NCBI RefSeq assembly: GCF_009914755.1
Contig: NC_060931.1
Reading direction: 5' to 3' (one strand)
DNA: 64,000 bases
Source of the DNA: the human T2T-CHM13v2.0 reference genome, Homo sapiens
How positions within the stretch are numbered: the first letter of the stretch is position 1; each line of letters starts with the position of its first letter. The position numbers and the translations under genes were made by a program. Below, piece after piece: positions 25,786 to 40,900 of this stretch. The notes below the pieces were generated by a model that did not search any database, had not been told where the DNA came from, and saw only the letters and a program-made list of their open reading frames with translations.

Positions 25786-26889
25786 TTCCACAGATGCCAT
25801 TACTTCAGTATCAATGTTTGCTTGACCATAAATTGGACTCAAATGGATTTTTTGGGGGGAGGTCAAGTCTGAAAAGAGCTTACCCAAAGTTTTGCATCTT
25901 TAGGGTACGAAAATTATGGGAGTTTAGACGTTCATAGTTACTTTTTTCTTTTACTATTGCAAAACTTAGGTATTGAAAGATTTAAGACATATGGACACAG
26001 AGAAGCCACCAACAGGAAATTGTGTCTGAAGCAGTACAACAAATAGGAACCAGAGCCAGAGATGAGGCAAAAGAATATATGAAGCCAACATATATTCTAG
26101 AAATATAATCTGGGTCAGAGCCAGGAACTGCTGAGTTAATCAGTGTGAATCAGAAGAAAGAGTCAGAAATGAGAGACATGCACTACCTAAAACAGTTGCA
26201 GATTCAAGTTTCAGACCAAGTGTCAGGGTAAAGTCAAGACATTTCTGGTAAGTCAAAACATTTCAGATAAGTGTTTTAACTGAAAAGGCTTAAATATTTT
26301 AAAAGTCCACATTTCATATTCAACTGCCTCAGCCACCACTATCACAATCCTAATTATAACAGTAATATATTAAATTCCAAGCACTTCACATACATTTCCA
26401 TATTTAATCAGCAAGGCAACTCCATGAGGAAACTGAAGTATACATCACAGCACTAGCCTTCAAACCCAGTTTTGTCTGACATCAAATTACGTGTTCTCAG
26501 ACACTGCGAAATGGCCCTGTGCCATTTATCCTTCTGTCTCATACAAAGAGGGTAATTATCAATAAGTGGCTGGGCTTCCCAAAATAGAGCCAATCTAACA
26601 CAGGGCTCAGGACAGAAGTAAAAGCTAATCTCAGCATGACAAACGGGCAAGAGGGCTAGCGTGTGATCTAAATTTGCCTAAAAATAAATTGACTACACAC
26701 CTGTGAGGAGGTCAAGTCTCTCTCTCTCTCCCCTTTCAGGACCAAGATATCGTATTATCTGAATCCTGGATTCTAGCTTTTCCTATTTTGGAAACATGAC
26801 TAAGAACCTGTTTATTAACATATCAATCTTCATGAAAAACATAAACAAATTATTCCTGTTTTGACCTTTGTTATCACTTATTGTGCCAC

Positions 26890-27228
26890 AGTTCTGGTCC
26901 AGCTACTCTGCCATAAACAGCAATAATTTGTCTCCCTCTGAGGCTTACTGCGAGGATTAAATGAGTTAACACTTGTATACTATTTACAGTAAGGCACTGA
27001 AAATCCATTATTTAGTATGACGCTGATTATAGTCTCATTAAATCCTACAACAAGATTTTGAGGTGGGATTCTACTTTTTCAAGTGAGAAAGCTGAGGCTC
27101 AGGTAGTTTATGTTACATTACGAAGGCCATACCACTAATAAGTAGAAAACAGGGCTGGGATTCCACACCGTCAAATATTTGCCTGCAAAACCAAAGCTCT
27201 TTCCACTAAGTCACACCACATGCCTCAC
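26890..27228. mobile_element. Two tail-to-tail MIR fragments (+ at 26890-27020, - at 27030-27228)
   Basis: GAGGATTAAATGAGTTAA on +; ATCCTACAACA..GAGAAAGCTGAGGCTCAG..GCTCTTTCCACT antisense. Confidence 0.75.
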
Positions 27229-29609
27229 TGCAATGGAAGAAACTGCACACCAGGTCCAAACATTATGCACATTCGTCCTTATTGAAAAGAACAAATTCAC
27301 TGTAATTTTGCAACTCCTCACAATGCCAGCTGCTATAAACTGTATGAAATTTATGAAAGTTTGGAAAGGTTCCCACCATAATAACATAGTATTTTTCGAA
27401 AATAATTTGCATGCTATATAACACACATTATATATAGCAAATAAAAAGCTAACCCTAAGTGACAATACGTGGGCAGATAATGAATCATTTGGAAATATCA
27501 CGTAGATTTCACATAGAAAATATTGTTATCCATGAAAAGCCCAGGAGTTTCTTAACCCTTTGCTGTGACGTGGAACCACAGCAGAAAGCACCGACAGACC
27601 AATAATGTGATAAGCTTAATTCTCTAAAGGGCAGGAGTGAGAGCTTTCTATCCTATAACAACAGTTTGGATGACTTTATATCAAGAGTGAGGAAGAAAAT
27701 TATACTCCTCTCCCACATATCAAGGGAAATGCTTCCCATGGAGTGACTCAGCCTGAAACCCTAAACCGGAGCACGGTCACAGCATGCTGTAGGCAGTCAC
27801 AGCAGGCTCCGTATCAGCTGCCTTCGGCATTTGTAGGGACAACACAGAGCGGAGGCTGCCAATTACACCAGAAGCTTCTACCTTGTGAGAAGAGTCTAAT
27901 CTAGTGGAAGAAAAACAGACACTGACTCTTCATGCTCCAAACTGTGGCTCTTTTCTACTTGATCATCAACAATATGTTCAAACAGCCAGAAGAACACACT
28001 CCCTCTCTAGTAAGATAATAATTGTAAACAGTCATATCACTAGCAATTTGCCAGGCACGGCTCTCATTACTTCATATATACTAATTCATACTTCATATAT
28101 ACTGATTCATTCAACTTAATACTTATAGCACTGGACATATTTTTTTCCATATAAAACACAGATATATTAAGTTACCCAAAGTCAGATATCTGAAGTATGG
28201 TAGGATCAGTATTTAAACACAAGCTGTCTGGTATGCTAGATACCTATCCAAGAATACTGTGCCAGTATCACCCTACTTATCCTTAATTATTTTTAAGAAA
28301 AGCCTAGCATTTAGGAGAAAAATCATAGTTACAGGGTGCATTCTGGCAATTGTGGAGGAAATGTAAAATCAGATAACTTGAGACAATTATCTTTATGGTA
28401 TTCTCTAGGTCCAACATTGAATGATTTGGTTTTGCTGGAATTGGTGTCCCATGAGCTCACTCATCTTGCCCAATAGTTCCACAGCCCCACCTTATTCCAA
28501 GAAAGCAAATAAAATACTTATTTGATATATACCAAATATAATCTTAGCATGTTGCAAATTTAACTTTAAATCAATAACTTGATTTTTTATACTTCTTTAA
28601 TGTACATAAAGAAATTCTTATTAAAAGATACAAATCAAACTCAAGAAAGTGAATGCATTGTATCATTTTTCTAATAGAGTATGGAGGAATGTCACTTACC
28701 AATACTGCATTGCAACATGAAAAATCTAATCTTTAAAGCCCCCGATAAACTGATCATGCATATTGAACAGCATGAAAAATGAATGACTTCTATAATCTTC
28801 AGGATGATGTTTGTTTCCTGTTATATTTTGGCACTGGCAATTTATTACACAAGAATAGGTTCTAATCATGATATTCTTTGCTTCCTAATTATTCAGGAAA
28901 GTCCTTGGAGCAGGAAATCTAGCACTTTTCATGTTGTCTTTGTTATTTAAAAATAGCGTAATAATCATGGAATTGGCACTATTTCTTTAAAAGTCACAGC
29001 TAATCTGTTAATTTGTCTTCTCATAGAATCCATTTTAATAATGCTCTTACACTCAGTGTGACATTTCATACTACCAATTTACTGAACAACCATTGATCTT
29101 TGTCTCAGTATATTATGGATTTTATATTTATGATAATTTTTATTACCACTTGTTTTAGGAATTTTCACAAATTTATTACTGATTTGTGTATTCTTATGAT
29201 ATAATTAAACGTACCTCCATATTCATTAGCCAATGAAATACAAGTAGCAGCCTATAATACACTGAAGAATTTAGTAGAAATGTCTTTCTTCTAATCAATT
29301 CAAATGGAATTTCTATATCTGAGCAATAGCAATTATGAATAAAACATTAGCTATCATAGCAATAATTTATATATTTTATAGTAATGTTTCATATAATACA
29401 GGAACTTTTCTTATAAGTACTTAAACACTGGAAAATATATTTTAATAAACAAGCCAAATTCAACATAACCTAAGCCAAACTCAATGCTTTCTTTACTTGA
29501 CAGATATCACCATAATCCCTTCTTTTAAAACTGGAGGAAAATTTCAGATCACTCTCTCTCTTCCCCTCTCTCTCTCTCTCTGTCAGTTGTTCTATTTTAT
29601 TATTTTACA

Positions 29610-30290
29610 AGATATCCTCTGTTAATTTCAATATTATAAAATCTGAATCCCCACTTTTCCAGTCGTCTTTCATGATCTACGTTATGCAGTCTACACCAAT
29701 ACCCTACTAACTAGTCTCTAGTCTCTAGCATCTTTCCATCACCATATACCATCTTCTCAGTCGTCAAAGTAAACTTCTCGAAGCATAACATTGCTTCTGT
29801 CACTCTACCACTTATAACTGTACAATGACTTCATTGTTTGACTCAAGTACGGCATATTTTGATATGCTTGCATTCTTACAGACTTCACTCACTCCCTTCA
29901 ATTGTGATGGGCTAAATGTGCCTCACCTCCCTTCCTCAAATTTATGCTAAATTTTCCTTTTTATCCATATCATTTCCTTTGTCATTTACCTTAAACCTAA
30001 TTTTTAAATATTTGTTTCAAATCCTCCCTCTTGTATGAAGACTTCCCTTTCCGTTCCTATCTCCAATGGAATTGTAAAACCCCATATAACCTTAAAGTCT
30101 GCTTGTATCACATACAATATTCTGGCTAGACATAGAATTATTTATCTATTAGTTTCTAGCCTTCTTTAAACTATAAATTCCTTGAATGGAGGACACATAT
30201 CTCTTCATATTTGCATCTCCTGCAGCACCAAGCAGAAAACTCACTCTGAAGAAGATGCTCAGAAATATTTACTTAATGATTGGATTACCA
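29610..30290 (+). mobile_element. L2 3' end
   Basis: CTATAAATTCCTTGAATGGAGGACACATATCT...ATGCTCAGAAATATTTACTTAATGA terminus. Confidence 0.7.
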
Positions 30291-30425
30291 CAGCAGCAAA
30301 GAGCAGAGCATATGGAAATTTGAAATCATAGGCAAATCAATTTTTAACCAATTTAGAAAGTATTGAGTATAAGACTGCAAGTGATAAAGAAGAAGTAGGC
30401 CATTCTGAACTAAATTTTCTTTACT

Positions 30426-30692
<267 letters not shown>

Positions 30693-31725
30693 CCTAAATG
30701 TAAATATTCGTAATATGATAAATGCATATATTGTACATTCAGAGGCTCTACACAGTTTTGAGTGTGAGAACCATAAGTTATGTCAAAATTTCCAAATATC
30801 ATATATTTTGTAATCATATTTTTATTATTATTGACTCAGTCAATAGTCATAGACTTTTTTTAGTTTTTTAAAATGCCTATGAAATTATAGATTTGGAACT
30901 TCCTTACAAATACCCAGCAGCATTCTCATACCCTCATTCAATCCACAGACTAGGAAGCTTCTAGAATACCTTTGAAACTGGTCTTTTCAGATAATATACA
31001 TGAAGCATTTATTAGTGTTCCTGGCTCATAATATGTACTCTATAATTAATGTGAGTGATAGTATTCGCTATTACTATCACATCTATCTTCATGTTCTAAG
31101 TCCCTATATGTGTTTAACCCTTTTCTCTGCTTCTACTTTATAATATCATCCAACTAATTCCTGATACACATCTCTTATATCCCACAACATCTTTCTGCAT
31201 AAGTTGACCAGATGCCTTAATTTTTACCTCGTTCACTATCACGTGCTGTTTGGTTCTTTTTCTCCTTTCCACTGCTTGCATTTTATTCTCCCTGTCACCA
31301 TGTTATTCTTTCCATTCTTATCATTCTTATTGCATTCTCTATATATTGCTTTTTCTGTACTCATCATTTTCCAAGTCTTTTGGTGCCTGCTATTAATTAG
31401 TTGTTTCTTTTTCTCTCTTCAACACCTGACCCAACTGCTGTTCATATTTATAGTTGAAAGTCACTTTATGAAATAGACATATTCCTGAAAATCTAGAATA
31501 AAAACAAATTTCTTATAAATAAAATCTTACTCTACATATGCAAAGAAACAATATTTTCTTTTTAAAACTTACAGTGAAGTGAATGATCATAGCCTATCAC
31601 TTGTATCAATGCACACACTAAAAGAGTTGTGCGGTCCTAACTTGAGGTCCTGACACCTCTTTCTTTTACAACCTCTGATTCTAATTCCATAATGTATCTA
31701 TGACTCCCTGCTTCCTACTCTCTTT

Positions 31726-31727
<2 letters not shown>

Positions 31728-31767
<40 letters not shown>
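31728..31767. repeat. (AC)20 microsatellite
   Basis: Uninterrupted AC run. Confidence 0.98.
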
Positions 31768-31769
<2 letters not shown>

Positions 31770-32201
31770 CTCCCTTTTCCCTCCCTCTTGATATCTATGA
31801 GTCAGACCATACTGTCTCAAGCACAGCATTGCTTTTTTCTCCTCTTTTTCCTTCCTTCTCACTCTCTGCGCCCGTTTGTCCTTCTCCCTGTCTGTTACAG
31901 TATTACCACTCTCCATTTTGCCAGGCTGTCTCATCCTCTGCTTTATTTCTATTACAGCTAGAGTGTTTTCCAAGCCTAATTGTGCACCTAACATTTTAGT
32001 TCCTTTCCTTCAAGATGTAATACTTGATTTAATTTACCTTTTCCTTTCTCTTGTGTCAAAAAGGTAGTCTCAAGTCAACCTGACTTGTAAACACAAAAGG
32101 CAGAGCTGGATCTATCCCCATGAAGAACAGGATCTATGATCCATTCTTATAAATAAATGATACTTTGTCTAGCACAAATGTCAAATAATCTCATAATATC
32201 A

Positions 32202-32351
<150 letters not shown>

Positions 32352-33897
32352 CTATGCTTCAAAGATTCCACATGGCATGTTTCATGATAAAATACCTCAG
32401 GCTTTCAAAATATGCAATCTGTCCACATGAAACTGCTTTGGATGCTTGTAATTTCAATAATGTGTTAAAGAACTGCAAAAAAAAACAGATCAAGATCAAA
32501 AGATTAACATGATTGCACAAAGGAAAAAAATGTCAAGGTGTTGAATGTTAAATACTTTTTAAATCATATAAATTAAGAGTACAAATTGTGAGAAGAATCT
32601 TATAAAGCACATTTTCATAAATGTACATTTTTATGTCTAGTTTTACAAACTCCACATTCCACGAGTAGACAGTGGTATCATTTTTATCAGTCTGTACCAA
32701 TTTTTTAATATGTAAACATTACATATAAAATCTAGACCTAAATTATCCAAGGAGGCTAAAATAAGCTCTCTAGCTCCCTATACATATGATTTGCTAGTTT
32801 ACAGTATAGACTGCCAATAATTGCTTGGAATGTTCATCAGCACTAGCATATATATTTCCAATCATATGAATTAATTTTGGAGAACTCATATAATTTGTTC
32901 TAGCAATCAAATAAAGATTAAGTTTTAGTTTTATGATTTAAAAAAATTCAAAAGATTGGCCAAATTAAAGCAATTCCAAATGTCTGAAAGACTTGTGTAA
33001 TGACAGTAGATGATTCTATTGTGAATCACGCTTTAAAATAAATCTCTAGGTTGTCATGGACCTACATTCACTGGCTATATCTGTAAAGGCAAACAAAATG
33101 AAAAACCATCTGGTTTCAACATTTTTATCAGAGACTATAATCAATTGCTCAATAATCAGCCAGATTGGCACTGTATTCTTTACAGAAAATGAAGTATTTA
33201 GTAAGAGTTACTTTTTTGTAAAATTGTAATCATTGCAAGGTTTATTTATACAGATGTCATTACTTAAAGTCACCTTACTTCTACAGACAAGACTCATTTG
33301 GTCTTAGTGCCTTGCCTTTCTTCAACATCTCTTTACTGTCTTCCAATATCAACCCCAGGACCTCACTGTCAAATCCTGTCATCCTTGTCTTTAAAAACTG
33401 TTCTTTTTGGTCTCGTGGGGTCACGTCCCTGTACTCTGTTTTACAATATGGTAGTTTAATATACAATGGGGAAATGATGATATTGATGTGCTCACAGAGA
33501 CCAAACTGCTGGATATCTTTTCTCTTTTCTCTCCCAAGGGCAACCATGGGTTTGGGGAAGCAACACAAGTGAAAGAGAATGGGAATATGCAATGACAATT
33601 GTGGACATCTTCCACCCAGTTTCCTTCTGCTGATTTCATCTTTCACACTAATTTCATCCTAACTGTCTGTCTCTCTCTGGTTACAGGCAGTTTTGGTGGG
33701 ACTGTGAAATGATGTGTTCTGTCCTCCTCTAACCAAAGGGAGACAGATGATTCTGTCACATTGGCACATTACACCCTGTCTCCCAGGGCTTTAAATGTTG
33801 AGTGGAGTGATTCAATGACAGGGTGAAAACAGCTGTACCTAAATCATAACAGAAATAATTGGATACTCATTCCTGTCTAAACCTGACTCTCCAGCTA

Positions 33898-34245
<348 letters not shown>

Positions 34246-34254
34246 AAGGATTAA

Positions 34255-34332
34255 ATGTATACATATACCAAGACATCACACTGCACCCTATAAATACATA
34301 CAATTATTATTTGTTAATTAAATTTTAATAAC
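34255..34332 (+). mobile_element. L1MA extreme 3' end
   Basis: ATGTATACATATACCAAGACATCACACTGCACCCTATAAATACATACAATTATTATTTGTTAATTAAA is the L1MA terminal motif. Confidence 0.8.
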
Positions 34333-34647
<315 letters not shown>

Positions 34648-35018
34648 AATAACTTTTTTTAAAGTCAAGGATTAAGTGAGCCAGAATAAGTTTTTAATTG
34701 CCAACAAGGCAAAAATCTTAACTGGTAATAACAACGGTTTATTTGTTTATTCAAATATTTGTTGAGCCTTGCTGTCTGCCAGAAAGCTTTCTAGGCAATG
34801 AAGCTAGAGCAAAGATCAAAACATAAAAAGATGAAAATAATGCTATTCCAACAATGTGTCAGCTTTATTGAGAGCTTACAGTTAGCGAAAGGCAGTCTCC
34901 TAATCACATGACTGTATTAGGTCATTCAATCTTCAGAAAGCAACTCTGTGAGGTAGGTGCTAATAGTCTCCCCTTTTGACAAATAGAGAAAGTGACACTG
35001 GTGACTGAATCTGGTAGG

Positions 35019-35345
35019 TGTAGCACAGACTGCTCCAAGCCCACCCAGTATCCATTCTCTTTTGCTTACTTGGTAACAAGAAAGATAGTGAAAATAAATC
35101 TGTTTAAATGACTGCATTCCCTAGGTTTCTTACATGAAGAAGTGGCCAATGAGATGTAAGTAGATGTTGGTGAAGCATATAGAAAAGTTCTATTAGAGGA
35201 AATAGTTGCTGGCAAGTGCCCTTTCAACCTTTTATTCTTTTCCTCCACCTTACCACCTGAAATGGTGACATGTTGGCTGCAAACCCAGAAGTTTCTTGTA
35301 CTAAATAGACAACTTTAATATGGAGGCTATGTGTTAGGGATAGGA
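35019..35345 (+). mobile_element. MLT1J-like LTR fragment
   Basis: TGTAGCACAGACTGCT..TCCATTCTC..GGCCAATGAGATGTAAGTAGA. Confidence 0.7.
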
Positions 35346-35362
35346 GGCCCACATAAACTAGA

Positions 35363-35457
35363 CAGGGGTAAGCAAATAACTAATCAGGGAACAAATTTGG
35401 TCCACCACCTGTTTTTGTAAATATAGGTGATTGGAGCACACAGCAATAGGTTGTTTT
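35363..35457 (+). mobile_element. MER58-like MITE fragment
   Basis: CAGGGGTAAGCAAA..CCACCTGTTTTTGTAAATA..ATTGGAGCACACAGC. Confidence 0.7.
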
Positions 35458-35824
35458 TGAAGGGATTTCAATACTAAATAAAGAGGCTTGGGCATTATCC
35501 TCAGGGAAATAAGATACAACAAAAGGACTACAAAAAAACCCAGAAACCTGATCACTCTTACATTTCTGAAATGTCAGTATCTTCATTGAGTTCCTTTCTC
35601 TCTCACTTGCATTGTTGTGATAGCTTCTTAACTCGCTCCCTGAGCTCTCTCCCTTTCTTAACATGGCCATTTCCCAAACCCCCTTGGTGTCCTTGGATGG
35701 TCATGAACTAGGATGATTCCTGAGGCCTGTCTGACAAATTACCAACAACAAGTTAATTAATAAGTTATAATTGTAATAATTATCTTAATTATATCTTTCC
35801 ACCTGCCTACCTGCTCTGAAATTA

Positions 35825-36168
<344 letters not shown>

Positions 36169-36529
36169 AATATCCCCCAGTTCATTATGAGAAATTCAAA
36201 TTTAAAATGACTGGTGAACTGCCATCCTTAGATCTGTACAGGAATGCTAACCATGTATCAAGGCTCACCTGGTTATTGAATTTAAAATTGCACACTCATA
36301 CAGACCATCCCTTCATTCATTTTTTACATTTGTTTTGAATATAACATTTTAACATCAAATACTTCATTTATTTATATTATTTAACATTTGTCTCCACACA
36401 CTACAATTAGGGGAAATATAAGTTGTTTTGAGCCCTGATGGAATTTCACAAAAAGGACAAAACACCTAAAAGTACTAGGTTTGCCCTTGATTTTCATCCA
36501 ACCTATATATTAGATTCTGCATCACCATC

Positions 36530-36665
36530 CTGCGCTACACTCCACGATGTAAGCCCCATGGAGGGCAGGAATTTTTGTTCATTTGTTCACTGCTGTTTTC
36601 CCAGTGCTTAGAAGAGTGCTTGGTATATAGTCTCAGGTCAATGAATATTTCTTGAATGAATTCAC
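36530..36665 (+). mobile_element. L2a 3' terminus
   Basis: TGTAAGCCCCATGGAGGGCAGGAATTTTTGT..TTGTTCACTGCTG..AATATTTCTTGAATGAAT. Confidence 0.85.
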
Positions 36666-38013
36666 TTATTTCCTTTTTGTTCATAAAGAAAAGGTTGAGT
36701 GGAAGAATTAATTAGAAGGAGGCCCTGAGGTTGAGAAAGAGAAAATAGTGCATAAAGGAGACAAGAACAGAAGTCACTCTGGGTTTCAGTTTTCCTAGGG
36801 ACTACATCCATTTTCTTCAACTGAATGGGCATTAAAAAAAAAAAAAGAAGTGCACTTTCAGGTACAAAGCTTTTACAGTTGAAAATGGGTGGCATTATTT
36901 CACACATTTTGTGAATTTTTTAAGTAAAACTAACTCCATATAAATAAGCATCATTCCCAAGGGATGCCTTGTGATGTCAGCTAACCAATTTACCATAACA
37001 ACACTTACACATGACCACCAAGTATATTTTTATTTATCAATATCTAACAAAAACACCACTTAACTTTCTTTAATTTAGCATGACCTGGTCAACTTAGGTC
37101 TTCACTTTTTATAACAAGGACAGCTTCTCTGGATTGATCTACCCCTATTTGCATTTTGACAAGTGATATTTACAAAATAATGGTATCTCTGAGTGGCTCA
37201 AAGTAAATTTACTTTGGCTGTTGGATTTGGTTTATTCCAATACCAAAATGCTTTGAATAAATCCTCTCTTTCTCACCTTTCTTCTAGTGTAAGCCATTGG
37301 TTTCTCATAATTCTCATAGTTCTAACCCTCATCACGTGATATGACATGTAGCTAAATAGTAAAAATAAGGGTTGGTTACAAGTGAGGAATTTTTTCTTAG
37401 TCAAATCTTTTTACTAGCTGAACTGGCATACACAAGCCTATGAAAAAAGAAATGTTTCACGTGTAATTTCAAATACAGAGGCACAGCTATATCTCATGCC
37501 TCAGAAGGTAATGAAAATGATGGCAGCACATTCTTATAGTCCCCGCCTCTTCATAAATGGGTAGAAAGAATGTGACAATATTCACCTGAGATTCCCTGCG
37601 GTGCATTCACAAGTTTCCTGTTCCCCTGCAGAAGTCTTTCTTTAGGCACATAAAATGAGTGTCAGGAGGGATCCACTTTGCTGGCTTTTAGCAAGCAGTC
37701 TAATTCTGGCTTTCTCTTCTAGTCAGTGGATGTGCCACTTTGCTTAGTTTGTAGCAGGAAATAACTACGTTGGAAGAGTTGAAGAAAGCTCTTTGGGCCA
37801 TTGTACCTGGGCTAAAGCACAATCCCTATAATTAGGCGAGAAATCAACCTACTCGTGAAGACGCCATTCGGCAATATCTAGATGAGTCAATCTATTGGGT
37901 TGGACGCATCATCTGTGAGTCACATTAAGTGTAGATTTATAAGTAATTATTAGAAGTCAGTATTTCATGACTTCAATAATTGAAGAGAAGTTAATAAACA
38001 TTAAGACATACTG

Positions 38014-38351
<338 letters not shown>

Positions 38352-39571
38352 TCATAAACTCCAAACTGTAAGATTTCCAACAGAAAAAAATCCTAGGGAT
38401 GGGAAAGGATGCAGAGCCAAAATAAAAACTACAGAATTGCTGAAGAAGTAGGATGAAATTACATGGAATATAAATTCTATAGGTTGGTTTATAATTGCTT
38501 GTTCATTTAACCATAAAAAGAAGTCTAAATTTGAGACCCAATGAATGAGATGCAAGGCATCATGCCAGACACTGGGGATGTAGTGTTATGCTAAACAGAT
38601 ATGATACGTGAGCTATTAAATTGTGTTTAGGGGGAAAGAGCTACAATAACTAAACCAACTACACCCATAAATAAATGCAAACTGTGATAAGTTATATGAA
38701 AAAAGGCAACAAAGTCTATAAAACTACAACAGGAAGTCCTGATTTCATTTAAGAGATTCAGAGAGCAATTCAGAAAGCCAGGTTTATTTAAACTAACTGA
38801 CAAAAGTTAAATAATTTTAAACTTGAATAAAGATTAAAAACATCCTGAGCAGAAACTTAGAAGTAAAGAAAAAAACTACAAATATTATAAAATCTCAAAA
38901 GAAGTCAGTTATGACTGGATCCTGGTAAGCAAGAAGTAAAGGAGCACATGATTAGACTGGAAAAATTAAAAAGAGCTACATAATTGAGATTATTAGAGGC
39001 CATGTTAAGGACAGTACAATTTGTCATAAGTAAATTATGAAACCATTGAAATATTTTTGTGCAGGAGATTAACATGACTGATTTATATTTTAAGAAGTCC
39101 ACTTTAATCAGTGGATATGAATAGGACAAGAATGGAAGGGGGAAGACCAATTAAGAGGCTGTTCCAATATTGTGTGAGAGCTGGTGGCTTTAGGGAATGG
39201 CAATAAAGATCAAGGTTGAAAACTGAACTCAAGACATATTTTTGAAGTAGGACTTGAAAATGAATAGGATAAGTTCTGTGCAGAAAGAGGGGATCAAGAA
39301 TGACTCCTGTATTTTGGCTTGAGTGCAGGAAATGGAAAGGTAGAATTTAAACAATTTCCAAATACTAGAATAGAACCAGGATTGATGAGAACAGAAAAAT
39401 CACTATGTTGTTTTGGGATGTATTAAGTTGAGATGATTATCATATATCTGAATTGAATGTACTAGTAGATTTTGAGTTAAGCTTAGAGCTAAGATAAGAG
39501 ATAAGAGGTATAATATTATCAGTTTTCTATATAGATGATATTTCAAGAATTGGGAATGGCTGTTTGCCTGA

Positions 39572-40066
39572 TGTGGTGACAAAAAGCTATTCCCCTAAGC
39601 TCTGCTTCAAAATAGAACTTGCCATTCAGGGCAAAGACTGCAATTAGCAGTCTGTACTTCTTAGAGCCTGTACTTCTTCTTGTCTTCAGAAGTCAACTTA
39701 GGTTTTGAACTGAGGTCACACTTTTCCCAGACAAGAATCAATAACAAAAAGATGATGGATGTATTAGGACCATGAAATTTCTGTACAATGGAGACCTCTT
39801 AAATGGTCCATATTTGTTCCAGAGCTCCCCAATGGGCTGGTTGAGAATTTATCAGGTCTGCACTGTGGTCTGAGGCTATTTCTGACCAACCCTGCATATC
39901 CCCTTCTCTTTTCAAAAGCATCAGTTTTGTATTACAATCTGAAAGCTTTCCTTGCCCAATTCTGCTTGCTTTTTTCCCCTTTTTGTGTTTCATAGGAATA
40001 ATTATCTGATATGTGTTTGCATCCCTATCTCCATATTGGTGTTTGTTTCCTAGTGAAGAATCCCAC
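39572..40066 (+). mobile_element. LTR16A-like ERVL solo LTR
   Basis: TGTGGTGAC..GAGGTCACACTTTTCCCAG..TCCAGAGCTCCCCAATGGG..TGCCCAATTCTGCTT. Confidence 0.7.
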
Positions 40067-40067
40067 A

Positions 40068-40900
40068 TGTCAGGATCCCAGTAGGAAACAGATGGCACAC
40101 TTAAAATTGATAATTAAGAGTTTAATGAAAAGATTATTTAGGAAATGTGGACAGGTAAGGAAAGCTATTGGAGACTAATGCAGTATCCTGAACTAGCAAT
40201 AGTAGGCAACTTATTGAACATCCTGAAGGGACTAAGGATGTTTTAGCTAACAAACCCCAGAGTAGCTGTATATAGAGGGTCATCTGATAGGAGTAGCTAT
40301 AATTTGAATATTTGTCCCCCTCACTGCTGCTGAAATTTAATTGCCATTGTAACAATATTATCAAGTGGGACCTTTGAGGGGTATTTAGGCCAGGACGGTT
40401 TCACCCTTCTAGATGGGATTAATGCCTTTATAAAAGGGCAAGTTCAGCCTCCTTTGCCCCTTTGCCCTTCCATCTTCCACCATGTGACAATGCAGCAAGA
40501 AGGCCCTCACCAGATGCTGGCACCTAGATCTTGGATTTCCCAGCCTCCAATACTGTTATAAAATAAATTTCTCTTTATTATAAATTACCCAGTATCAGTA
40601 ATTCTGTTAAGAGCAGCACAAAACGGACTGAGACAGGAGTCATTTCCTTTGATAACAGGACACATTTCTTTTTGGATGACCTAGCTGGGCATGAGGTGGA
40701 GTAATAAATTACCTAATGTTATCCTCCAAATCTCCATTCTCCTCCAGTGCCTCACACTGACCAAACCTCACCATAAGCCAGAGGACACAGACCACCACTG
40801 ATCAGTCTCACCAATTTCAAACAATCTCAAGAGGCACAGAGCCTCAAGACAAGGATAAAGGGAGGATCTAAAGGGGAAAAATAGACACTATCCATCACAT
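40068..40900 (-). mobile_element. LTR41-like ERVL solo LTR, split by an MST
   Basis: CAGGATCCCAGTAGGAAACAGATGGCACACT at the start; GGATCTAAAGGGG..TATCCATCACA at the end. Confidence 0.75.
40295..40635 (+). mobile_element. MST (C/D-like) MaLR solo LTR
   Basis: GCTATAATTTGAAT..GGCCCTCACCAGATGCTGGCACCT..GCAGCACAAAACGGACTGAGACA; perfect 5 bp TSD GGAGT. Confidence 0.9.

Noticed and set aside
33281-33646. 121 aa minus-strand ORF in non-Alu sequence, with a nearby donor-like site
   Set aside because: No recognisable domain, non-ATG start and weak acceptor; this length is expected by chance
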